This document shows, piece after piece, positions 12,731 through 26,391 of a stretch of DNA of 64,000 bases; the stretch's first letter is position 1, and the number at the start of each line of letters is the position of its first letter. Below the pieces are notes generated by a model. It was given only the letters and a program-made list of their open reading frames with translations. It was not told the origin of the DNA and ran no database searches. Where the stretch lies: NCBI GenBank assembly GCA_028534125.1, contig CM052817.1:35838001-35902000 (forward strand), read 5' to 3'. A program made the position numbers and the translations under genes. Source of the DNA: Lama glama. Its lineage: Eukaryota.

Positions 12731-14829
12731 CTGCCAGCTGAAGCTTTGTTCCAGAACTCCATGGCACTTTTTGGGCAAGGTGCATCCCAATTCATAAAGC
12801 AATTTTTATTGTAAGTGGATGCAACTGTATCTATTTCTAAAACACTTTTATTATCTGCGTGGAGCTCAGTAAGTCTCCTTCCTTTGTTAAAATGATCCCT
12901 TCTGGCTGTATTACAGTAGCTTAAAGGTCACTTTATTCATTTGCTGAAACATTTTAAATGACTGGACAAAAATACTTATGTTTACACTGCTTCCTGATTT
13001 TTTTAATGCCTCTTCTGCATTTAAAAAAAAATTCATTTGCAGTCTTATTCATCTGTAAAGGTACTGTCTCATTGAAGGAAAAAAGATAGTTTCCATAAAC
13101 AAAAGCCCATAAATCCTTCATGCTTTTAGTTGTGACTTTTAATTTAACAAAAGAAAGAAGAGCTTTTAACTTGAGACGATTACGTCTTTTTTTCTTTTCA
13201 TTGCGTGATCCAATTCATTTCTGTGCCAGTTCCCTGTGTACCTCTAGTCTTCGCTCCTCCCTGCGTGTATCCTTTGTGATGCTAAGGTGGTTGCCCCCTC
13301 GTTCACAGTCATTTCTGGGCCATCTGCCATGTTCTTCCTTATGTTGACCTGGGTGGGGTGAGTGATGCGGGAAGGTGCCTGCTCCTTTTCTCAGCACGGA
13401 GATGTCTCCAGTCCTTCAGCAGTAAAGAAATATGGGAACAGCAGCAATGGCAGGTCTGTGGCAACTGTAACAGGGAGAGACAAAATCCCCCAGTGGACTC
13501 CCTGATCGCTTCCCCCATTTTCTAAGACTGAAGACCACAGATCTGATGCTGCTTTCTGACAGTCTGGTTTATTACGACTGGAACAGTAGAGTTTATGTTG
13601 ATCGTCTGAAGAGGTCACAGTTTAAGTTTAGGTGGTATTAAAACGTTTGAATCCCCAGATGCCAAAATGACAGAGAGATACTGGAGGGGGCTAGGTTGGG
13701 GAGGGGTGAGGAGGTTGGGAAAAAGGGTTGGTGGATAAATGGGAGGAATTTCTCAGGGCAAAGGACTCAGTTATTTGTGCACAGACGTAGGAAAATGAAG
13801 ATGTGACTGCTCAAAAAGAAGGAGGTGGCGTGGGGATAGAGGGCACCACGTCACTACTCGAGGCCAGTGGTCCCATCTGCTTCTGCTTCTGCATCTGGGA
13901 GGTGCCTGGGGAGCTCGCTGGTGCCCCTCTGTCTCCCATCGCTGAGCCGGGCCCAGGGAGCAGATGCTTCTGCCCTGGGCCCAGCACCAGGCGGAGGAGG
14001 GCTGGAGGGCATGGGAGGTTCTGTTCCCTTTGGTGTTTTATAAGTGAACTTGGCTCTGGATGACTTTCTGTCTTCAGTGCGTCTCTGACTGCCTAAAGTG
14101 GGATGGGCGGGGCCATCAATCAGATGGCATTTGTCATTGTCACAAATTACCAGCACAGCACCTCGCAAGAGGAGCCTTGTGTTCCCTCTGCAGAGGTGTC
14201 CTCATTTAGGAAATGTGAACTGAAGTAACCTCGCCGGATAAACTTCTCACGTACAACAGATATCTGATCCTTTTTGGCTTTTTTAAAACTTCAGGGAGCC
14301 TTTTTCCCCCTCCTTCTTCACCCGTTCTTGCCTATTACTAAGTAATTGAGACTTTTGAAATGTCATTGTCAGCATTTTCAGGCTATGATTTTCCTGTCTG
14401 ATTAACAAAGACCTCTTGTACTTTCTCTGCCTGCTTTCAGAAAGGTGAGTGCACTTGATTTATCCTTGATATTCACATGTAGCTTCCAACCTCAACCTCC
14501 CACTGCTGACTTTCTGAACTTGACCTTGGGATGGTCTGGAAATGGAATGTGTTTGTTTAGATAAGCTGGTGATAAGCACCTTCGTGTTGTGTTGGTCCTA
14601 TTGAGAACATTCGTATACAAGCTGGATAATTTCTCCTGCATCTCTATAATTTTTTATGTTTGTATTGAAAAATAATTTTTTAATTTTATTTCTCTTTCAT
14701 CCTTCAGACTTCTCACATATTAACATTCACCAAATGGTCTTCTTGCTTTAGTTGGGAGCTAAACACTGGCAAAGAATAGCCAACAACTGGAAATTCTGAC
14801 TGAAACTAATGTCTGGAATACTTTAGGAT

Positions 14830-15050
14830 AATAACAGCTCACTTCTTTAAGTACTTACTATTCAAAGTCAATGAGTTGAAGTTTTACATTTACTGTCTCA
14901 TCTAATCCTCACAACACCATGAGGTGGGCAGCCCATCTTCCAAATGAAAACCCAATGCTCACAGACTATCTTTTGCTTATAGTAACCACACAAGTACCAC
15001 ATGAGGGTGTAAGATTCAAATATAAACCTGATTCCAAAGCTTTTTGCTGC
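14830..15050 (-). mobile_element. MIR SINE
   Basis: tctcatctaatcctcacaacaccatgaggtggg. Confidence 0.65.
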
Positions 15051-16959
15051 ACAGCACATGATCCTGCCTCAAGTAGAATGTAGTTTAATAAAATCTTAGG
15101 CCTATAAAAAAGGGAATTCCATAGTAAAATGTGTCCTTTCCTCACCCAGCATTGTCCCCTTTCAGAGGGGAGAACTGAAAATGTGAATTGGCAAGATTTC
15201 ACACTTTGCTAAATAAGACGATCAGATTAAAGAATTACAGAAAATCACGTTGAAAGTTCAGTCTCTTCTGGGTACTATAGATATTCAGGGGCAGCTTCAA
15301 GAGCCATGGGAGCTAAAGGCTCTTCTGTTTAACTGAATACTTAACCACTTCCTGCCGGTTGGATTTAGCCTGTGTAGAAAATGCAGGCACTGAAGGAAAG
15401 ACACTTGCTCCCCTAAGGCACACTTTTTCTTGCCCAGCCCCTTGGCTTCTAAGAACACCTGTGTGATGTCTGGTGAGTGTGAGTGTGAGTGTGGCACTGG
15501 AATGGGAGGAGAAAGGACACGGAGGGTTCATCCCATCTCCCCTGTACTGTGCACTGTTTTCCACATGTTCTCTCAAACTCCACATCAACCCCAGGAGCTA
15601 AGTGATGTCCCGCTTTTCCAGTTGAAGAAACCCAGGCTCAGAGGTGTCAAGTAGCTTCTAAGTGGCGGCACTGGGACCCACACCTAGGGTTATCTGCTGT
15701 TAATGGAATAAATAAGTAAATAGGCAATATAATTCATAACATATGATTTTCCATCAGTACTTACACAAGATTTTCAGAATGGAAGATCCATAGTATCAGG
15801 CAAAGTTTCACAGACTTTCATTTGACATAAGGAGGCCATGCTTAATTAATTTTTAAAAATTCATTACCTAGTTTTCTAACATAATACTTTGCTGTTAAGG
15901 CCCTGAAGACCCTTGTTTAAGCTTTAATTAAACATTTACTTGAAACACAAGTAGAAGGCATTAAGCTTGGCCCTGAAAACTACAGACTGAAACACCACCC
16001 AAAATGTTGTTATGAACCAGGTTGTTTGTTTTGGGGTGGTGTTAACATTTATAAACCACTTGCAGATAAAAAGAAACCCCGTTATGTAGGACAGCACTGA
16101 AATAGGTGCAGCCGAGATTCCCACACTTCCTGTCTGTTTCCAGTAAACGAAGTCCCCGGTTCATTCATGTGGTGCTTGATAGTTTGCAGAAGTCATTCCC
16201 ACCCAAACGTCAAGCACACAGGGACAAAATAATTGCCAGTTTCAAGAACAAAGGAGCAGTTTGAGAGTGGACTTGTTATATCAAAGAGTTCCTACTGGCC
16301 AAGTTTCTAGCCGAGACAAAGGCTCCAGAAGGAGATAGAAAGTATGTATTTCATGTTACTAGGTCATTCCAAAATTCGTCATTAGGTTTTGGAAGGTAAC
16401 AAACGTTGATTTTCTGTCCCCATTTTTTGTTATATATGTCTGTTATAAAAGGAAGCAATTTTGCTATGTCTAGGGTTATTTCTCTTGAATTCTCCTCAGT
16501 TATACTTACAAACTTAATAGTAAATGTGTCAGGAGAAAAATGCTCAGAAAAAGGCACGAGGACAGTTATAATCCTAATTCTTTCAAATGTAAGATATGAT
16601 CGTATCCTCGAATGTCACAAATATGACCATCATAACACACACACCACCCCCCCCGCAGGATCTTCTTGCTTCTGTCTCTGACTGTAATGGGGGTGAGCCC
16701 CTGTGGATTCAGTTCAATTTTGTAAGTCTGTGGATTTTTAAATCAGGGGTTCTGCCTGCTAAATGCAGGAAATGATTCTGAGAAGAAGAGTTGGTAAGTA
16801 GTGATGTTTTCCTCTGGCGTTTCTGTCGTTATCCTGGGATTGGCTTGTTAGGTATCTATGCTATTACTCCTGTCTCCTTTGATTCCACAGAGTCTAGATG
16901 ATGCAACTAAAGATTACATTTTACAGTGAACTAAATTTGGAAAATAAGAAAATCTTGAA

Positions 16960-17790
16960 TTAACACTCAGACTATATACACATACTTGAAAAATTACATT
17001 ATAAGTAATAAACAGTGAAAAATCGCCCTCCAGTCCTTGTCTACATCCACCTAATCAGTTACCTCTGTAAATAATTTATTCTTTATGTTTTCAGAACTTC
17101 CTTATGCATAAGCAAGAAAATACAAATCTATATTCATATTTCTACCTTTTTATACAAAAGGTAACATACAATGCACAGTGTATTACCTTAGATTCTTTTC
17201 TTTTCAACATTCAAGGGGCTTGAACGTTCTCTTTTGAAGCTTCATTATGTAGCTACCATAATTTATTTAGCTAGTGTCCTACTGACGGACATTTAGGGTA
17301 TTCCCAATCTTTTGCCTTTACAAACTCTCTGCAATGAATAATCTTGCATACGTCTTTTTGAATGTGTGCAAATATATATGACAGGTATATTGCTAGATGT
17401 CAAATCCCTGGATCAAAGGATTACATTTATAATTTAGATATAACCTCCAAATTGCCCTTAGTGTGGCCGGTAACAATGTGTCATTAAACGTTCGTATTTG
17501 TAACAATCTAATAAATGGGAAAACAGTGTCAGTTTGTTTTAATTTGCATTTCTCTTATTGTGAGTAAATGAAGTTGAGCATATTTTATTTGCTTAAAAGT
17601 TGCTTCTGTTAATTTTCCTGTAAATTCTATCTTTAAATCTTTTGTTCATTTTTATTGGATTTTGGTCTTCTCATCTATTTCCAGAATTTCTGTGTCTATT
17701 AGGGAAATTAACCATCTGCATTGTGAATTATATGCTTTTATTTGTCACCCTTTGGTTTTTGATTCTGCTTATGATATTTTCTCATACACA
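16960..17790 (-). mobile_element. Old L1 3' fragment (L1ME-like)
   Basis: cctactgacggacatttagggtattcccaatcttttg; aatttgcatttctcttatt. Confidence 0.7.
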
Positions 17791-18109
17791 TTTATTTTTT
17801 TTCTGGTTTTATTGTATAGAATTATTACAGTTCAACTGCACATACACATTATATTGCATTTAAATAAATACATGTAAACAGTATATTGTACTTTTTTAGT
17901 TTTCATATATGTACTAATTATTGTTTCTAAGAACAGATTAGATCTTCAGCTTTTTAAACTTGCATAACTATCAAAGGAATAAAGCCAAGTACAAAATAAG
18001 AATCAACAGAATGCAATAATCCAGTCATAAAGGACAGTCAAATGTGTTTACACATATTTAAGAAATCAAAATAATAATTAGTTCATTCGTGTCATTATTG
18101 TTGTATTAT

Positions 18110-18525
18110 ATTTTAGATTCTTTATATAAATGATGTCATATGGCATTTTTCTTTCTCTTTCCGGCCCACTTCACTTTGAATGACAGTCTTCAGGTCCATC
18201 CATATTGCTGCAAATGGCATATTTTGTTCTTTTTTATGGCTGAGTAGTGTTCCATTGTATATATGTACCACATCTTCTTTATCCAGTCATCTGTTGATGG
18301 ACATTTGGGTTGTTTCCATGTCTTGGCTATTGTAAATAGTGCTGCTATGAAAACTGGGGTGCATGTGTCTTTTTGAATTTTATTTTTCTCTGGATATATG
18401 CCCAGGAGTAGGATTGCTGGATTACATGGTAAGTCTATTTTTGGCTTTTAAGGAACATCCATACTGTCCTCCATAGTGGCTGCACCAATCTACATTCCCA
18501 ACAACAGTGTAGGAGGGTTCCCATA
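18110..18525 (-). mobile_element. L1 fragment (ORF2 end / 3'UTR)
   Basis: Well-preserved tatggctgagtagtgttccattgtatatatgtaccacatcttctttatccagtcatctgttgatgg. Confidence 0.9.
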
Positions 18526-19319
18526 TTTGTTTTTTTGTAGTTAATTTTCTAAATCTTTTATTTTATGGTTCTATATTGTGAATCATAGTTAGAAAGACCC
18601 TCCTTCCTCCAAGGTAACAAAATAGACATATTAGTTACATATTTGCAGTAAAATTACATACCAAATAGCACAAAAGGCCAAATTGGACATATAACAATAT
18701 GAAAAAGAGTTTGAACAATAAGAATATTAGTATGGTGTATACTGTGTACTATGTTAAGTACCACCCCCAATTTCCTTTGTTTTCAAAGTTTAGTTTTGTT
18801 CATAATTCAGTATTGTGTAACTTAAATAGTATATATAGACACAAAAGAGAAAAAGATGGAACAATGCACATAATAACATTCAAGAAAAAGTTGCTAGTTT
18901 AGTAATTTATGAAATAACAGTGGTACCCTGAAATTCCACTATCAACCTTCATAGTAAAATTCAAAAGTGAAAAAACAATAATAAAATTATTTAGCACATT
19001 ATCCTCCATTCCTATGGATTTGAGCTTATCAGCTTCATTTTAATATTAGAGTTTCCAGTTGCTATGCATTTTTACAGAATGATACAGAAGAGTATTATTT
19101 CTCAGAGCTTTTTTGTCTGTTTTTAGTGTAGGCTAGAAATATTCAAGACAATAGGGCCTGTACCTCTCTAGCAGTCACTTACTGGAGTTAGAACATGCCA
19201 ATGTTGGTTTTCTTTGTGACTCTTACACAATGTGTAAAAAAAGATCTGTAGTGATTTAAAAAACCTAATGTCAAAAGAGGCCAGTTGAATGCTTGACATC
19301 AATACTCACCAATACTCAC

Positions 19320-19428
19320 AAACAGTTCACATCTTCACAGGCTGGTCTGCACTGGGACTCTGAAATCGGTCCATGATTCCATTTGCGTTGGTCAGTACAA
19401 CGCCAGGCTGGTATTTTAAATATCGCTT
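19320..19428 (-). pseudogene. Pseudo-exon E10 (109 nt, phase 0 to 1)
   Basis: Acceptor tgctttctttcccctgtgagcag|; donor TTT|gtgagt; reads KRYLKYQPGVVLTNANGIMDRFQSPSADQPVKM*TV. Confidence 0.55.
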
Positions 19429-21279
19429 CTGCTCACAGGGGAAAGAAAGCACTTTGGTAACTATGGGTCCAGGCTGTGGCCTTCAGCTTCACAGGACTAT
19501 TTATTCCTAAATCTTTCAATAATGTAGGTAGAAATCGTCTCTTAGGGTAGAGCATCTCTGCAGATAGCAGAACTAAAAAAAATAAATAAATAAATTTTAA
19601 AAAGCAACTTCAATCTTTTCTTAACTTTGAACCCCATAAGAGTGTCCTTTGGTAGCTCTATTGAGAATATATCTTTTCTCAAATCTGTTTGGCCAATATA
19701 GATTTTCTACATTGCAACAGTGCAATAATTACATATAACCATGTATCTTTAAATATACCTAAGGTATCATAATCGTCCTAGATATGTTTAATCATCATCT
19801 ATCATAATATATATTTAGTAAATTAAATTAAATGCATTGGTCTTGCTATCCTAAAGTTGGTACCACTGTTAGTTCAATGTGAGCTCATGTCGTTGTTTAT
19901 TGGGGTATTGGAACCAACTGAGAGACAGGCACAGGAATCATGCAGGGAGAGAGGAATACTGTGCTATGACAGGCAACTGAAACAGCTTAATTAACACTCT
20001 GCCTGTACCTACCATAGTCTAGACTAATAACTTTCCCAGTCACAGTGCGCTTTTATAGACTTTAGGCCATTGCATTCTTTTAAACACTTTAAGGTAAGTT
20101 TTCCATCCTCAGTTGAAAAATATGAAAACAAAGTCACTGGGCCAAAGGCATTTTACAGGGTTTATAGTGACTTTAAAGGACACAAGTACTCAGATTCCAA
20201 ACTCAATGGCCTTTTCAAGGTCATTTTACAAATTTATTTCCTGCTTAACTAGTTGACCTTCCCAGGTGGGGGCAGGGAAAGTATCAAACCAAAAATAAGA
20301 AAGACAATATGATTTACAATATTACCTTAAAATTTAGAATGTAAAGCAATCCACAAATACCATCTTTCATGAGACTAAGACAAGCCTTTAGAGGTTTTGG
20401 CTATATTGACCATATTAACTACCCTTTCCCCCTAGCTTTCTTCTTTACAAGAAACAAGAAAAGTTAACTAGAATGAAGATAAGCTATTATTAATTAAAGA
20501 AAAATAGGCAAGAGTCTGACTTGAAATGAACTGATACATACCTCACCTATTTATTAAAACATAAGAAGTACCTGGTGGAATTGGACAATCAGTGACCCAT
20601 CTGTCCTTTAATTTTGTCTGTGACAGCAGCTCCAAAGGATATTTAGTACCTCTATTATATAACACTGTCCTCAGAGATTGGAGATACTACAGCACATTAA
20701 AAATCTGTCATCTATGAATCTATATAAAGATGTGTCTAAAAATATGTGTATATTATATTTTAGTTCTAGTGTCTATAAGCTCTGGTGGTAACAAATTCTA
20801 TACCCTTATTAACAGCATACATAGATATAGCTATAGAGATATATGATTTATTTTACTTGTATTTAAACTATCTTCTTCACCATTCAGGAACTCCAAATGC
20901 CTATATTCTAGAATTTTTTAAGCAAGTACAGATTTACTGTAATCTCATTTTTCAGGGTTTTGTACGTGTGATCATAGTTTCTCTCTGCCTTCATCTTTCC
21001 ATACTGAAGCATCCTCATTTTTTAAAGAGCAAAAATATCCATTTAGACCAGGAGATGGGCACCAGAAATACCACCAACAACCATCCCTGAATCTGAAGAT
21101 TCAGTGGGATGGAGTCCTGGGTCTTCTACTCAATAACTATTATTTTCACCTTTTATCTTAGCTTCTAGATATACCCTACATAGTACTGAATTGGGTCACT
21201 GCTCATAAATTTTGATATCATGTATAAATTTGGTAATTTCCCTGTTACCTACAAGTTATTTGTTTAAAGATTAAATTAA

Positions 21280-22275
21280 GAAGGACATCAAGAAAGTGAA
21301 AAGACAATCCATAGAATGAAATAAAATACTGTCATGTTGTATATCTGATAAGGAACTTGAATTCAGAATATATAAAGAACATTTAAAACACAATATTGAA
21401 AAGACAAATGAATCAGAAAATGGGCAAAAAAAGAAAAAAAAAACAGAATAGACATTTCTCCAAAGTAAATATACAAATGGTCAATAAGTACATGAAAAAA
21501 TGCTCAACATCGTTAGCCACTGGGGAAATGCAAATCAAAAGCACAATGACATACTGCTTCACACCCCTAGGATGGCTGAAATAAAGACACACAATAACAA
21601 GTCTTGGTGAGGATATAAGGACATTGGAAGTCTTATACTTTGCTGGTAGGAATGTAAAATGTTACAGCCACCTTGGAAGGGTTTACCAGTTCCTCAAAAA
21701 GTGAAACAAAGGACACCATAAGCCCAGCAATTCCATTCCTGGGTATATGTCCAAGATAATTTAAATGTCTGTACATACAGACTACAAAACCTGTGCACAA
21801 TTGTTCATAGTAGCATTATTCATAATAACCATTTAGTAAAAACAACCCAAATGTCTATTGACTGATGAATGGATAAATTCAATATGATATATCCATACAA
21901 TTGAGTATTTTTGACAATAAAAATGAAATGATGCTGCATCATGTGTGAATCTTGAAAACGTTATGCTAAATGAAAGAAGCAAGTCCAAAAATCACAAGAC
22001 GTATGATTTCATTTATAGGAAAGGTCCATGTTAGGCAAGTCCATAGAGATAGAAAGTGCTTCAGTGGTTGCCAGGGACTAGGGAGGAAGAGGAATCAGTG
22101 ATGGCTAATGAGTATTTTTTTGAGAGGTGGGGTATTAATGAACGTGTTCTAAAATTAAACAATGATGATGGTTGCAAAACTGTGTGAATGTACTTAAAAA
22201 CACTGAATCATACACTTTTAAAGTATGAATTTTATGATCTGTAACTTGTATCTCAATAAAGCTGTCATAAAAATT
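21280..22275 (+). mobile_element. L1MB-like 3' end
   Basis: ORF2 C-terminal remnant (ORF 21396-21584 [19 protein letters not shown]); ends tatctcaataaagctg. Confidence 0.9.
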
Positions 22276-22597
22276 TATATACTAAATAAGGCTATTCTCA
22301 ATACAGTTTCTGAAATACTATTAATTACTCTCCATTTGTTTCCTATTGTCAATCTAGTAACTTCTATAAGAAAAAGAATTGTTTCCTAAACTAGACTAAT
22401 TTGGAAATTCCCATCAGGCATAGTTCTGCCTAAGCTTAGTACCAGCAGCAAGAAGAGCATAATGTCACAGGAGTACCTGAAGCTCAGTGTGAGGCATGTT
22501 TCTGTCTGCACATGTTTACTTTCTGGTCCAAGCTAATGAGACCCTTTCTGAACCAAATACCATAGTTTCCTTGCCCTAAAAATGGAGATTATGTGGC

Positions 22598-23165
22598 AGC
22601 AACCCAAGAGCCCATCAACATAACGAATGAATGAAGATGTGGTGTATCTGTGTATCTGTATATCTCTATCTGTCTGTCTATCTATCTATCTATCTAACTA
22701 TGTATCTATCTATCTATATGGAATGTTACTCAGCCATAAAAAAGACTGAAATTCTGCCATTTGCAGTAACATAGATGCACCTAGAGAATATTATGCTTAG
22801 TGAAATGTCAGACAGAGAAAGACAAATACTGTATGATATCATTTATATATGGAATCTAAAAAATAAAACAAACATCTGTCTGTGCAAAACAGAAGCAGAC
22901 TCACAGACACAGAAAACAAACTAGTGGTTACCAAAGGGGAGAGGGAAGGGAGGCAGGGCATGACAGGAGTATGGATTTAGAGATACAGACTACTATGTAT
23001 ACACTAGATAAGCAACAAGGATATAGTGTACAGCACTGGGAATTGTAGCCATTATTTTGTCACAAATTTTAATGGAGTATAATCTATAAAAATACTGAAT
23101 CCCTATGCTATACACCTGAAACTAATATAATATTGTAAATCAACTATACTTCAATTTTTAAAAAT
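22598..23165 (+). mobile_element. Young L1 3' end with internal (TATC)n
   Basis: L1 3'UTR ending caactatacttcaatttttaaaaa; microsatellite at about 22665-22718. Confidence 0.85.
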
Positions 23166-24219
23166 AGAATTACAGAAAAAGGAGAATAGATTAATCTAGT
23201 AGCAACGATAATAGTAAAATAAAATGGGGGGGGGAAGGGAATTAAATGTAAATTAAAAAGCCAAGCAAGAGACAAATGTAGAAGTTGAATTTACAACTCA
23301 AGCAGTAGAAAAAGACCTGTGTTGCCTTCAGGATTATGTTTCAGGTCTCTTTTTCTCTAAAAGAGAAACCAGTCACAGAGACTATAAAGATTTCCCCAGA
23401 TCCCATAGTTAATCAGTAACAAAGGTGGATCTACTACCCAAGTTTCTTGATCTCTAATCCAGTTTATTTTTGGTCCCACTATCATTTAAACATTTAGCTC
23501 CTCTGTCTTCTTGTATATAAAATGAGGATAAAAATAACTTTCCCATGGCTTTCTTTTAAGAATTAAACAACCTGTGAAAGCAGTTATCACAGTGGCTGGT
23601 ATATTATTAGAGCTTCAGAAATATCTGTGCAATGAACAAATGAGCATGTGAGTAAATCAATGAACATTTGGTTTTTTTCCTTTCCTTTCCCTTAGGCATC
23701 AACTCAAACTTCCTCCTTCCCCAGTTTCAAATAAAGAAGAAGCATGAACATATCTTCATAGGTGGGAAGAAAATCCAGGTATTATTTATTCTTTTTTTCC
23801 AAATATATTAAATGATTTGTCTAAGGTCCCAGTTATCAAGTAGTTTAAGGGAAAATTTACCTGATTTCAATATCCTTACACTTTCCCCCATTAAACTAAC
23901 CTCCATCTCTTTAAGATTTTAGAGAGCTTTAAATTGTACCTCTTTTTTGTCAAGGACTAGGTTTGTTGTAAATTATAGACATTTTTGAGCTGGAATCATT
24001 TGTTCTGTAAATTTGAGCTGAAAGGAAACCAGTAGAGCTGGGCTGGGTCTTGGATACCCATTTCTCCACTGAGGATGTACCTGAAAAATCGTTAATGTTG
24101 AAACGTTGCTTCTCCAGTACTGGGCAAACATAGTCATAGTATATCTACATTTTGTTTTTCCAATGTAATTTGTGTTTCTCCCATCTTATAAGTAGAAAAG
24201 TTACCTGATTAATGTGACT

Positions 24220-24440
24220 GTGTAGTGCAGTGCAAAGAGATGGGCTTTGGCAGTTGCACAAGACTAGGTCTGAAATCCAACTGCTGTCTCTGGTCGAATG
24301 TGTGATAGGGGCAACCTACGTAACCCGTTTAAGAGTTATTAATACCTGCTTCACACAGTTGTCGAGAGGATGAAGGGATATAATATATGTCCAAAATTTA
24401 GCATAGCGTTGGCACATTTTAGGCACCTATTGGTTATTAA
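24220..24440 (+). mobile_element. MIR SINE
   Basis: tgtagtgcagtgcaaagagatgggctttgg...gagaggatgaagggataata. Confidence 0.6.
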
Positions 24441-24540
24441 CTACCTTTCTTATTTCTCCTGCTGAGTGTGAAACAAATCTAGCATTTAATTCATTCGCAT
24501 GTGTCTGTCTCTGTCTCAGTGTTCTGGAGGGTTCTTTTAC

Positions 24541-24872
24541 CTGTGAGCATGTTATATCTCATCTCCCTGGGAACTCCTGCTCTTCAAGGGCAGGAACCGT
24601 GATTCTCTCATTGAGCCATAAGGTCTCTGGAGATGAAGCTTGTATTTTTTCTGCAAGACAGGATGGTGTTGGTAGCTCTATCAGGTGGTCATTATCTGAA
24701 TATCCAATCTCGTCCTCTGTAAAACTCTTTTTGGTAGTAGCTGCTGTGAGTGCTATGTTAACTATTCTGAAATCATCGGAAAGATTCTGTGGTCCAGTGT
24801 TGCCAGAGGCACAAAGGGTACAGGCAGAGATGGCACTTTCGTCACAAGGATGACTGTCATCCTGTGATGGCC
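24541..24872 (-). pseudogene. Pseudo-exon E9 (332 nt, phase 1 to 0)
   Basis: Acceptor aattcccctccctcacag|; donor CAG|gtaaaa; 110 codons with one stop: PSQDDSHPCDESAISACTLCASGNTGPQNLSDDFRIVNIALTAATTKKSFTEDEIGYSDNDHLIELPTPSCLAEKIQASSPETLWLNERITVPALEEQEFPGR*DITCSQ. Confidence 0.7.
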
Positions 24873-26391
24873 CTGTGAGGGAGGGGAATTATGCTAAATT
24901 CACCTTTGAAGCCCTGTACTTTCACCAATAGCTAATCAAGCCCTTCAATCTGTATTTCTTGAGTGAATCAGTAAAAAATGTACAAAGCTAAGAGTCTGCG
25001 CCTGAAAGTGATGAGTGAAAAAGAAAAACTGGACAAAAGTGAAATATTGATCCTTTAAAGCCATTATCTGTTCAGTAAATCAGCAAAACTCAAGGGAGTA
25101 AAGAGAACAGACTGCCCATGAAGTTTTCTTTTCAAGGTGCTGGCCAGGGTCCTCCCTCTTCTAGTAACATGAGGACACAGGAGTAAACAATTCATTGCTT
25201 AAAGGGCCCTTTAGATGTCACATGAGTTCCTCCCACGGTGATGCAGGTCCCCTTCACTGATTATGTTCAAGTTGAAATTGTTAACTCTGGGCACACTTCC
25301 TCTGTAATAATTCTCCCAGGACACTTCCAACTACATCTCCCCAACACTGGTACTGCTTTAGCCATGGGATCATGTGTGAGGATGTAACAGAGCCATTTAA
25401 AATGTAATAAGTCTCCAGAAGTGTTCTCCTAAGTGAGCAATTCAAGACAGCCAATTGAGGAAAATAGGGTGAGTATTTGTTACCGAAAAGACTGTACATA
25501 AACAGGGAGAAAGGAAAGAGGAGGGGGAACGTAGCAGGAAGGACTCCTATGTCTTGTTCTTGGATAGAACTTGGTGTGGCACAAAATGGATTTTTCTAGA
25601 TGTTTGCTAAACTGAGGGTACGCAGTGCAAAGGGTCTTTTTAAAAGTCGTCTCAGTGGGTGGCTTTAATGACCAGATTAGGATTCATTTAGAAAATCTTT
25701 ACATGAGATTTCACTTTGATAGCCGAGAACAATGGCATGCTGTTCTCATGTGGGGGGACTTAATTTTCTGATATAAAATTGTCTCTGGCCTAAGTTCCAG
25801 AATTGAACCTCTATACATGTGCTGAGCTTCTAATAACACAAAAGTGCCATCTGTAGGTTGATAAAAAGTTGCAGGAATATCTGTGGTTCTTTAGCCTTTC
25901 AGGATCATATAGTAGTTGTAGTCAAATTAACAACAGCAAGGAAAGCTTGGCTATTGGATGTCACTTACACAGGATAACGGGTAGTTAGTGGCAAAGAGGG
26001 ACTGGAACTCACATATTCTCACACCCGATCAAACTCGATTCAAACCTTCTCTCCACCAATACTCTGTGTGAACTTAAGGCATTGAGCTTCTCTGAACCTG
26101 TTTCTTTATATTTTTATATGTATCACTGTAAATGAAAAAGCATTCATCTTCTCACATTTCAAGATGTCACGTAACTAGAGATGTCAATGTTAAATGCTTA
26201 TTACAGTGCCCGCTCAAGTTAGGCCCTCAACAAATAATAGTCATTGTTGTTCTTCTATCATCATCATTATTATTATTCTCAGTCTAGTAAAAACAAAACA
26301 TTAATAAGTGTATAAGGTTTTTATTTCAGGATTGTATTTTTGAGGCAATAAAGAACACTTTTTCAGAGTTACATCAGTTATATAAAAATGT

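Noticed and set aside
15239..15369. Additional minus-strand exon candidate (good acceptor ttttctacacag)
   Set aside because: Weak donor, and it does not fit the phases between E10 and E11; left out of the model.
16769..16799. Plus-strand 25-nt exon-like motif ending TTG|gtaagt
   Set aside because: Poor pyrimidine tract and no partner exons.
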